In this document: piece by piece, positions 1 through 7,999 of the stretch
Layout: every line of letters begins with the position of its first letter
How positions within the stretch are numbered: the first letter of the stretch is position 1
From: a virus
Lineage: Duplodnaviria; Caudoviricetes
DNA: 62,247 nt
Virus record (IMG/VR): IMGVR_UViG_3300005573_000098
Span: 1-62,247 of that record
Reading direction: 5' to 3' (one strand)
The notes under the pieces: model-generated
Told to the model about the DNA's origin: nothing
Seen by the model: only the letters and a program-made list of their open reading frames with translations
Databases searched by the model: none
Made by a program: the position numbers and the translations under genes

Positions 1-121
1 GATCCTTAAATGCTGACATGAAATTAGTTTTCAAGCAAGATTCAACAATATCTCCTGTCCTCCTCCTGACAATCACCCATTTTGCATGTGGAAACGCGAC
101 ATGCCAGACAGGCCAAATCAA
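1..121. repeat. Terminal direct repeat copy 1 (circular-assembly overlap)
   Basis: Bases 1-121 (gatccttaaatgc...ggccaaatcaa) are identical to 62127-62247, and an ORF reads through the join in frame. Confidence 0.97.
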
Positions 122-583
122 ACTGATCCTTGAGTCCTTATACATCCAAGGAGTTTTTCCATCATACCCAAGAGAAGCAAAAACGTCCTGAACAATTTTT
201 CTCCATCCAGTCGGAACCAACAACTTCTCGGAATTAGGAAGTGGAAACTGTCCTTTTGGATCTGCTCCAATCCCCTCAAAGTAAGGATAAACAAGCCGAT
301 TCAAAATCAACTCATTCTCCAACATCATCAAATGCCGCCTGGAAACGGAATCATTGTCAATCTGCGTGTCAATCCTGGAAAGTCCAGAAAAAGCACCGCA
401 TAGCTCAATGCATCCTGCAATCATACTCGTTCCGCTTCTAGGGCAGCCTGTAACAAGAATTGGATCAGGGCAGGTCGCACTGTCAAACGAAACAACTTCA
501 ATTTTTTGCCTCAATACTTTTGGAGCATTATCAATTTCATTTCCTTCAAGATCATTATTGGATTGATTCTTTTCTTCTTCCAT
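1..583 (-). CDS. Sulfotransferase-family protein, N-terminal part (gene spans the contig ends and continues 62126->61795; about 304 aa)
   Basis: Hand translation from ATG at 583 gives MEEEKNQSNN...DPILVTGCPRSGTSMIAG...PWMYKDSRISLIWPVWHVAFPHAKWVIVRR. GxPRSGT is the PAPS-binding loop, and KDSR and IVRR match the KDPR and 3'-phosphate-binding regions. It joins the 61795-62247 ORF in frame. Confidence 0.85.
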   Translation of the reverse strand, partial: MEEEKNQSNNDLEGNEIDNAPKVLRQKIEVVSFDSATCPDPILVTGCPRSGTSMIAGCIELCGAFSGLSRIDTQIDNDSVSRRHLMMLENELILNRLVYPYFEGIGADPKGQFPLPNSEKLLVPTGWRKIVQDVFASLGYDGKTPWMYKDSRISLIWPVWHVAFPHAKWVIVRRRTGDIVESCLKTNFMSAFKD

Positions 584-586
584 CTT

Positions 587-1489
587 TCATGCCTCCTGAT
601 TGGCAATAGAGTTGAGAGTAAGATTTCCGGTCATTCTATACCAATAATCTTTTGCCCATTTTTCTTCGTCTACAATTTCATGAGGACGAGGATTGCCATG
701 AAAGCATATAACTCTTGCATCAGAAGGAAGGGAAAGCATTCTATGTCTGATGTCCTTCTTATAGCTGTATATTCCTGCAATAATTTCCTGCAGCAACATC
801 AATCTTATTCTAGAGGTTGCCTGATGAGCAATCTTGAAAGAAATGTAATCTTGATCTCCTCTAAACTGCTCCGCTGTGCTAGGAAATGAAAACTCGTCAT
901 AAATCGACACAAAATCATCACTGTTGCCAAACCAGCACATTATACCAGATCCAAAAACCCCTCTTATCCTCTCAAGATTTCCAAATGGACGAAGAGCACA
1001 GAAAACATTGTCCTCTCCAGAGGACAATTTAAGCAATTGTGGAAGCCTTAAAAATGGATAAAGAGACCCAACGATCATAGTGTCCAAATCAAAGTAAATG
1101 ATCCAAGAACCAAGATCAAACAAGTCCGGTCTGAATAGCTCAATCTTTGACCACCAACCAGGCCACTCATTATTTAATTTTTCAACCCTGAATCGTATTC
1201 CGTTTTCCGATGTTTTGAGAACGTTTTCGGCTTCTTCAACTTTATCGGTCAAGCAAACAAATTCGACATCACAGCCACTGGACGGGCTATGCTGCAGAAC
1301 CGCTCCATATAGAGCTTTGAGATAATCTGCAGAAAACGAAGATCCAACAGTCCATTTGACAACAGATCTCTTTCTTACTCCTTCGCCGTCTCTGGAAACA
1401 ATAACGGTCGAAGAACTCGGAACATAAATCTCAGTCTTTGAATTTGACCAAACACAGCAAAACGAGATTTTTCCATTCCATGATTTCAT
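587..1489 (-). CDS. Glycosyltransferase, GT-A fold (GT8-like)
   Basis: FVCLTD, GWWSKIELF, YFDLDT (DxD), GDQDYI and VICFHGNPRPH motifs. Confidence 0.8.
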   Translation of the reverse strand: MKSWNGKISFCCVWSNSKTEIYVPSSSTVIVSRDGEGVRKRSVVKWTVGSSFSADYLKALYGAVLQHSPSSGCDVEFVCLTDKVEEAENVLKTSENGIRFRVEKLNNEWPGWWSKIELFRPDLFDLGSWIIYFDLDTMIVGSLYPFLRLPQLLKLSSGEDNVFCALRPFGNLERIRGVFGSGIMCWFGNSDDFVSIYDEFSFPSTAEQFRGDQDYISFKIAHQATSRIRLMLLQEIIAGIYSYKKDIRHRMLSLPSDARVICFHGNPRPHEIVDEEKWAKDYWYRMTGNLTLNSIANQEA

Positions 1490-3309
1490 GTTTCCTTCTC
1501 CTCAATTTGTTTGTTGGCTATCAAATCCATGACTGTTGATTCAATTTTTTTTCCCATGCCAAACGAAATGATGTCGCTGATAGTAACAGGAAAATACCAA
1601 TCTCCAACAGACTCCGCAGGAACGCAATTAACGTAAAAACTAGAGTTTGCAAAATACTTATCATCCCATACGATGGCAGTAGGCTTCCTCAAAACAGTCG
1701 ATAAAACAGTAATCCCAGACGGCCATCCAAACACAAACCTACAACTATCAATAAGCCCTAAAAGCTCTTCCAAAGAAGTCTGATTAAGCAATGAGCAAAT
1801 TTTCCCGCCATATCTTTTCCCGAGCCTGTCATGAATTCCTTTTACAAAATCATATGATTTCCCAACCAATATCAGATAGTCAATTCTTTCAGCAAACTTT
1901 GTATTCGAAATCAAATTTTCTATTGCATCAACAATTCTGGAAATCCCTCCAAGATGCTTCAGCCAAAACTTAAACATCCCATCTCCGCTCAAATACAACA
2001 ACCCATATCTGCCGTATCTTTCCAAATACGATCTTGCTTTGAGTTGCCTCTTAATGCTGCGAAACATTTTCAAATTCCATTCGCATCCATATTGAGGATA
2101 AATATCCTGTAAAGATATTCCGCAATTTGTAATAGATCGATTCATGCAAACGAAATAATCTTTTCTAAACGCTCCCTCTATAATCGAATCACGACAAGCG
2201 TCTCCGTTTGCCAAACTAACTTTTCCTCCGTATGCCTTCCACCAAGCTTGATAATCTTTCTCATCACTAAAGACTTCCACATCAACTGCTTCCAAAAATG
2301 GATATAATTGAATAAATTCCAGTCCTCTTTTTCTTCTTTCCTGAATTTCATTCTCGTCAAGCCCGACATAACTTACATGAGGACAAACAATATATGCCAA
2401 AGGAACATTTTTCAACGTCCTATCATTTTCGTTGCCATAATAATTTCTGACCAATCCTGGAACTTTGGTAAGGCTCCACAATATATCTCCAATTCCAGGA
2501 GGAAAAGCAATCTTCAAACGGCCAGAAATCAATTTATCCCTAGACGGCTTCCTGCAAATAAACAAAACCTTTCCAGGAATTGGAACAAAAATTCTGATAA
2601 TCTCGAATCCGATGCTTTTCAAAATCTTCTCTAACTGATCTGCTGAGAAAAACCAAATATGCTCAATCAATCTCCAATGATGCTTGCCGTAAGAACTGAA
2701 AAAATTCGGAAAGTCCAATATGAACAATCCTTCATATTTTAACACTCGAAAAACTTCATTAAGCATTAGCATCGGATCCCACACGTGCTCCAAAACATCA
2801 TGACAAGTCACAACATCAAAGAAAGATGTTGGAAATCCGACGTCCTCAAATGGGCAATCGTAAAAGAAATCTGGATAAACAGAAAAGCGCTTGGCCCCAA
2901 CATCACAGCCGACAGCATCAATCCCTCTTGCCTTGCATTCATCAACCCAAGCGCCGTTTCCGCTTCCAATATCCAACAGCTTGACACTGGATAGTGAGCC
3001 AAAAATCTTAAACAATTGATAAGTGTTCCAACGAACCAAAGCGACTTTTCGATCGTGCTCGTAAGTATGAATGGATCCTGCAACGTACTTAAAGCGATAA
3101 AAGTCCTCCCATTCTTTTTTACTTTTGAATGGCAAACAATCCTGCCTCAGAACTCCACATTTCGAACAAGAGACGATGGGAACACCATTCTTTTTTTCAT
3201 TACTGCCAATGCCATCATTCCCGCAAACACAACGAAGCCCTTCATGATTACTTCGCTCTTTTCCAATATCGGCATTTGTTTGCATCATCAAAAGTCTTTC
3301 TTCGTGCAT
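1486..3309 (-). CDS. Class I SAM methyltransferase fused to a GT9-like (GT-B) glycosyltransferase domain
   Basis: N-terminal CxC...CxxC, LLDIGSGNG and DVLEHV motifs. C-terminal PPGIGDILW and NQTSLEELLGLIDSCRFVFGWPSG...KPT resemble heptosyltransferase-family motifs. Confidence 0.75.
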   Translation of the reverse strand: MHEERLLMMQTNADIGKERSNHEGLRCVCGNDGIGSNEKKNGVPIVSCSKCGVLRQDCLPFKSKKEWEDFYRFKYVAGSIHTYEHDRKVALVRWNTYQLFKIFGSLSSVKLLDIGSGNGAWVDECKARGIDAVGCDVGAKRFSVYPDFFYDCPFEDVGFPTSFFDVVTCHDVLEHVWDPMLMLNEVFRVLKYEGLFILDFPNFFSSYGKHHWRLIEHIWFFSADQLEKILKSIGFEIIRIFVPIPGKVLFICRKPSRDKLISGRLKIAFPPGIGDILWSLTKVPGLVRNYYGNENDRTLKNVPLAYIVCPHVSYVGLDENEIQERRKRGLEFIQLYPFLEAVDVEVFSDEKDYQAWWKAYGGKVSLANGDACRDSIIEGAFRKDYFVCMNRSITNCGISLQDIYPQYGCEWNLKMFRSIKRQLKARSYLERYGRYGLLYLSGDGMFKFWLKHLGGISRIVDAIENLISNTKFAERIDYLILVGKSYDFVKGIHDRLGKRYGGKICSLLNQTSLEELLGLIDSCRFVFGWPSGITVLSTVLRKPTAIVWDDKYFANSSFYVNCVPAESVGDWYFPVTISDIISFGMGKKIESTVMDLIANKQIEEKET

Positions 3310-3310
3310 T

Positions 3311-4147
3311 TCAATTTTTCTCCAACATCACTGAATCCAAGGCAATGTCACAAGCGTTTCCGATTGAAATTCGATCGAAGAAGTCTAAAAGTTTGCTATG
3401 CCCAAATCTGTCAACAACATAAATTTTAACTTTCTTTTTGACGGCGTCCTTGGCAATCAAAGACAAAGCATTGATATAATTTGAGTAAGGACGTTTTCTT
3501 TCGACGCTCCAATTTGTATGTGCTGGATGCCAATGTGATACTCGCAATCCATCCACGCAGTCCCGCATGTCGAAGCCAAACAAACAAATCACCTTTGCCC
3601 CTAATTGATAAGCAACATCAATCGTGGCCCCTCCACTATTGTAGTTCCAACAGATCTCTCCAATGCAGTCCGAAATACCACAAATTTTGTCCGACCTGGG
3701 AAAATAGTAAATACGACGATCTTCCTCTTTTACAATTCTCGAATCAAACATCTTCGCGCAACTCATCAAGAGAAAATTGGACGGAACTGACGAAAGAAAA
3801 TTTGAATGGCATTTGTACCAAGACCGATCTCCGAAAAACATTCCATGAACGAAAGGCTTTCCCAAATCTTCCAAGCCTAATAAATATGCATTGTTGACGC
3901 CTAACACAATCCATTTTCTCTTGTGAGGAGGACTGTCAGCATCAAACTTGTCTCTCATCGCTCCATATAAACTATCAAAGACACTTGCAAAGTAAGGCGT
4001 GTAGGAAGATAAAGGCGCTTCACAAAAATGCACCGACTCAACAAGAGATTGAGGAACTCCAAACTGCACTGGCAACGAAGGACCGCCACCAAAAATCCAA
4101 GCGCATCTGACTTCCGACTCCTCAATCAATTTTTTTACCGCACTCAT
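3311..4147 (-). CDS. Maf/MptE-like (sialyltransferase-type fold) putative glycosyltransferase
   Basis: WIFGGGPSL, LGVNNAY, FFGD and NSGGATIDVAYQLGAKVICLFGFDM motifs. Confidence 0.65.
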   Translation of the reverse strand: MSAVKKLIEESEVRCAWIFGGGPSLPVQFGVPQSLVESVHFCEAPLSSYTPYFASVFDSLYGAMRDKFDADSPPHKRKWIVLGVNNAYLLGLEDLGKPFVHGMFFGDRSWYKCHSNFLSSVPSNFLLMSCAKMFDSRIVKEEDRRIYYFPRSDKICGISDCIGEICWNYNSGGATIDVAYQLGAKVICLFGFDMRDCVDGLRVSHWHPAHTNWSVERKRPYSNYINALSLIAKDAVKKKVKIYVVDRFGHSKLLDFFDRISIGNACDIALDSVMLEKN

Positions 4148-4218
4148 AATGCTTCCGCTCCAACTGTCATGGTTAAAAATCTTTAGCTTGATTAGCCATC
4201 AAACCGAAGCATTGCAAA

Positions 4219-5301
4219 TTAAGACAAAAGAACGATTCCGGTCTTGCTATTATAGTCTGCGCGAATTTGCGGGACCTGAATAGTCAAGACCTTAAACTTT
4301 GTCACCATATTTCCTTCTGTGGACCATTCAACATTCTGGATTGGCATTCCTCTGACAAGCCTAACAACATCAGAGGTCATTTGGACCAGCAAAACATGAT
4401 CGGCCGGCAACATGTCCGCAACTTGAACGGCCTCAATTCCAGCGATTTTAAGAACGCGCTCCCTAATCGTCACCTTGGCGGTAGCATTGTAATCAGCGTC
4501 AAGCACGGTCTCGTAAGCAGTCGGCACATACAAGACCCACGGCCCATAATGCAGATTGTTAATGCTTAGCTGCTTCATGGCAAGGACGTCATTGATAATG
4601 TCCTCTCCAGTGATGCTGGAGTCCGCCCAACTAGTGGCAAGAGTTGCCGGAATGACAGAAGGATGGTTCAGATAACTATAAATCGTACCTCCGCCAAAGG
4701 TATAAGTCGTGTCCGTGAAAAGCATCGCTTCCAACTTCTCGGACACTTTTCTTGCGGCCCTTTCAGCCATCGTCGTATCAAGCGGATTTCCAAGATTTCG
4801 ACTCGCCGCAAGAACTCTCGCATTGATCTCATAATCAACGTGAATAATCGGCAGAGGCAAGTAAGAAGTGCTGTAGAGAGGCCGATCACCTTTCGCTCTG
4901 GTAACTCCGTCCATCGTGAGTTCGGCCTCCAAAGCGTCACTCAAGGAATGGTATTCAAGGACAGTGGTCCCCATTGCATTTCCAAGATTAAACACCAGAT
5001 TTCGATTCACCAAGTCTTGAATACCAACAAGCCTTTGCTCCGCGACTCTCAATACAGCTTCGTCCAACTGCTTCCATTCATCCCTTCGCAAAGTCGCGTT
5101 TGTCTGGACTTCCACAACATCATAAGATTCTTCTTTTGTTGGATCGCCTCCTTTGTAGATGGTAACATAACTCTTCCCGTCCGACGCAATATATGGCCGC
5201 ATTCTTCCAGGATCAAGCTTTCCCATAGACAGCAATTTCGCGGCAACGTCTCCAACACCACCATCTTTTCCAACGAGATCAACGTTAACTTTCTCAGACA
5301 T
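4219..5301 (-). CDS. Major capsid protein (HK97 fold, linocin/encapsulin-like family)
   Basis: 360 aa, downstream of the protease and decoration genes, strong RBS (AAAGGAGG). TLRRDEWKQLDEAV and LPIIHVDYEINARVLAASR resemble this capsid family. Confidence 0.85.
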   Translation of the reverse strand: MSEKVNVDLVGKDGGVGDVAAKLLSMGKLDPGRMRPYIASDGKSYVTIYKGGDPTKEESYDVVEVQTNATLRRDEWKQLDEAVLRVAEQRLVGIQDLVNRNLVFNLGNAMGTTVLEYHSLSDALEAELTMDGVTRAKGDRPLYSTSYLPLPIIHVDYEINARVLAASRNLGNPLDTTMAERAARKVSEKLEAMLFTDTTYTFGGGTIYSYLNHPSVIPATLATSWADSSITGEDIINDVLAMKQLSINNLHYGPWVLYVPTAYETVLDADYNATAKVTIRERVLKIAGIEAVQVADMLPADHVLLVQMTSDVVRLVRGMPIQNVEWSTEGNMVTKFKVLTIQVPQIRADYNSKTGIVLLS

Positions 5302-5330
5302 TTCGAATCCCTCCTTTCAAACCAAATATG

Positions 5331-5771
5331 TTAGATAATCATGACCTTGATTCTAGCCGTTGAAGAGGTTGTGGTAACGGCCTCAATCGCCACTCCCACA
5401 ACGGTAGCATCCTCATAAACGGTCGCAGTGTCTCCAGTAAGCTCCTTCAATGTCCCGTCTCCATTGGAGACAAGAAAATCGCCAACAGCCACTGCCTGCG
5501 AGGTTGTAAGAATAGCATTGACAACATCGCCCCTTCCAGGAATCCAAACTTGGACTCTGTCTCCGCTGGAATAGTTGCCCGTGATGTCCCTTCCTTGAAG
5601 TTCGTCTTCAAGAGCAAACATAATGGGAACAACTTTGCCAGCGGAACTAGCATGAACAACCACTTGCCCACTGGAATTCAATCGCACAAGATGGCCTGGA
5701 GTAATCGTTCCTCCAGCAGGATATTCGACCACAACATCGCTGTACTTTTTGATCTTGACCGTGTTCGCCAT
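5331..5771 (-). CDS. Capsid decoration/cement protein
   Basis: Lies between scaffold and MCP; ITPGHLV, AVGDFLVSNGDG and VGVAIEA beta-rich pattern; GGGAGG RBS. Confidence 0.7.
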   Translation of the reverse strand: MANTVKIKKYSDVVVEYPAGGTITPGHLVRLNSSGQVVVHASSAGKVVPIMFALEDELQGRDITGNYSSGDRVQVWIPGRGDVVNAILTTSQAVAVGDFLVSNGDGTLKELTGDTATVYEDATVVGVAIEAVTTTSSTARIKVMII

Positions 5772-5795
5772 TTCAAATTCCCTCCCTTATCAAGA

Positions 5796-7565
5796 CTACT
5801 TTTTCGAAACCGAAAAAAGTGGAAGCAGCTTTTCAGCCTTAGAAACACTGTCGGCTTTCAAAGGCTTGCTGCCACTCCACATCCCTAGGAAATTACCAGA
5901 CGGCTTGATGAGCCTTGTAAGTTTTTCCAATTCGATCATCGGTTTTGATTCCAGTTCCTCTTTCGTATAGACATCTCTTGCTTCATTCAGTAGCAGATCA
6001 ATCATCTTCTGCCGCTGTTCTTTGTACAGCTTGACACCATAATTGATTTGCTCTTGCACCTCGACAGGAAGACTGTTCATGATAGCAGAAGGATCGGAAA
6101 GTTTCTTCTTCAATTCCTCCAACTCTTTCTCAACTTCCATCTTTTTGGTCTCGGCGTTCTTCTGAAGTTTAGAGACCTCGGATTCCGCCTTCATCACCCT
6201 TTCGACAAGCCCGACAAGTTTGTTCACAATCTTCTCTTCCATGCTAGACAACACTTCCCTATCAGACTCCCCAAATCCAACATCTGCCTGGACAATCAAA
6301 TCAATCTTTTCTGGACAACATCCTTTTTCATTCATCTTAAGCTCTCCTTTCTCTTCGTTTCTGCTAAGGTTGTCTGGAATTTCAAGACCTGCGTCAAATT
6401 CTTTGTTCAATAGTTCGTACGCTTTCCTTCTTGCTCTTTTCAATTCATCTTCGCTGACTCCTTTTACTTGAGCCCCTCTTCCGCTGATTACTGCTCTCAA
6501 AGCTCTTTCATTTAACTTTCCCGTCTTAGGATTTACGACGGGAAGCTTCAAATCTCCAAATGTTTCCGCGTTAGCAGATCCAATCAAGAAACATGAAGCC
6601 ACCTTTGCTCTTTCAGACTGTGACAACTCCTCCCATCTGGAACTAGAAACGTCGAAGTCTGCCAAAGTTGGAGCGTCCCATGATGTTGACTCTGTCCCTT
6701 TGTAAGATAGAGCATTCTCCAAAACATACTCTGGCATTTTATCCTCACCTCCCTTCTTGTTCAATCTTATTCCGCATCCATCTTCCCACGAACAAGCTCC
6801 TTTTTCATCAAACAGTATAGCCAAATGATCCGGCCTGTAATTTTTAGCAATGGCTTCGTAAGATTCCGTTCCCCAAATACCATGAATAGGTTCTTCATCT
6901 GCCCAAACTCCAACACTAACTTCTAATGGCTTAAGCTGTTTAATCGCCATTAAAACATCACGATTGACTTTAAGAATTTTCTCTTCATCAATCCATGCTT
7001 CTCCTCTCAAGGCCCCGTCCTTGAAAGCAACATTGAAAACTCTTCCAACGACAGATGACTCTAAAATTTCCGGATCATTCGCGCTGCCAGTCCGAGTCAA
7101 AGGATGGCCGATCGTGATAGGGATTCCATTCCAAGCAGACGCGAATTTGGAAAGCTCATTAGCGGGATGATAGATGGCTCCATGACTCCCAACATGAACT
7201 CCTTCTGTCATCATGACAACGGGAACGACGAGATGCTTTTTGCCATCAAGAACTCTGACATTAACAGAGTAATGCCTGTTTACTTCAACGTCCGTACTCA
7301 ACTTGTATTTGCTTTGCTTTTCCGAAGAAGCCGGCTCAAAGAGCTTCCCATCATGAGATTTGCAATGACTTCTCGCTTCGGATTCTGTCCAAGACTCTTT
7401 TGGATAACGATACGTTTGCTCCACCATTGAGCCGCCTTCTTTTAGTTTGCCAACAATAATGCTATAACTTTTTCCTTCATGTTCTCTGCTGATAGTCCTG
7501 AAACTATCTTGCACAAAATCTCCAGGATCTCGAATTCTGCAAGCGTGAAAATTTGGATAAGGCAT
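5796..7565 (-). CDS. Capsid maturation protease (DUF2213-like) fused to scaffold
   Basis: PITIGHP, EVSVG and PDHLAIL...GACSWEDGCG motifs, coiled-coil C-terminus, head-module position. Confidence 0.8.
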   Translation of the reverse strand: MPYPNFHACRIRDPGDFVQDSFRTISREHEGKSYSIIVGKLKEGGSMVEQTYRYPKESWTESEARSHCKSHDGKLFEPASSEKQSKYKLSTDVEVNRHYSVNVRVLDGKKHLVVPVVMMTEGVHVGSHGAIYHPANELSKFASAWNGIPITIGHPLTRTGSANDPEILESSVVGRVFNVAFKDGALRGEAWIDEEKILKVNRDVLMAIKQLKPLEVSVGVWADEEPIHGIWGTESYEAIAKNYRPDHLAILFDEKGACSWEDGCGIRLNKKGGEDKMPEYVLENALSYKGTESTSWDAPTLADFDVSSSRWEELSQSERAKVASCFLIGSANAETFGDLKLPVVNPKTGKLNERALRAVISGRGAQVKGVSEDELKRARRKAYELLNKEFDAGLEIPDNLSRNEEKGELKMNEKGCCPEKIDLIVQADVGFGESDREVLSSMEEKIVNKLVGLVERVMKAESEVSKLQKNAETKKMEVEKELEELKKKLSDPSAIMNSLPVEVQEQINYGVKLYKEQRQKMIDLLLNEARDVYTKEELESKPMIELEKLTRLIKPSGNFLGMWSGSKPLKADSVSKAEKLLPLFSVSKK

Positions 7566-7587
7566 TTCCAGACTCCTTTTGCAAGAT

Positions 7588-7615
7588 ATTTTACAAATCC
7601 ATCAAAAATAATCAA
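7588..7615 (-). promoter_or_regulatory. Sigma70-like promoter for the protease-capsid genes
   Basis: TTGATT-16 nt-TAAAAT on the minus strand, followed by an AAGGAG RBS and the ATG at 7565. Confidence 0.5.
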
Positions 7616-7624
7616 TGAAAAATT

Positions 7625-7999
7625 TTAGAATACATAATCAATTCCCTCAACTCCAGCAGGATGCTTAAACTTCAATTTATCAGCTTTGACAATTTTGCAA
7701 ATGCCTCCAGACATAGACTGCATTTGCTTCGCGACAAAAACAGGATCCTCTACAATTGCAGACCGGTAAGTAAATTTCTTTACAGACCCATCAACAACAA
7801 ATCCGCTCATAGCTCTATTATGCCAAATACCGATTATTGATTTCAAAGATCTCAAAGTATGATTATCCATATTTTTCCATGCATCGCCAAGAAAGTGAAG
7901 TTTAAGACTTCTGTCGATTCCTATTTTCAAACCGGAAATTCTTCCAAATCTGACACTCATTTCCACGATGATTTCAGAATCCATTTTACCATTCCTCAT
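7625..7999 (-). CDS. Hypothetical protein (candidate immunity/partner of the MuF extension)
   Basis: 124 aa ORF whose ATG overlaps the MuF stop codon (TAATG). Confidence 0.55.
   Translation of the reverse strand: MRNGKMDSEIIVEMSVRFGRISGLKIGIDRSLKLHFLGDAWKNMDNHTLRSLKSIIGIWHNRAMSGFVVDGSVKKFTYRSAIVEDPVFVAKQMQSMSGGICKIVKADKLKFKHPAGVEGIDYVF

Noticed and set aside
1-121. Biological direct terminal repeats
   Set aside because: The exact 121-bp overlap falls mid-gene and fits an assembler k-mer overlap; real genome ends cannot be inferred.
4663-5334. 223-aa plus-strand ORF
   Set aside because: Antisense shadow of the capsid gene with no motifs.
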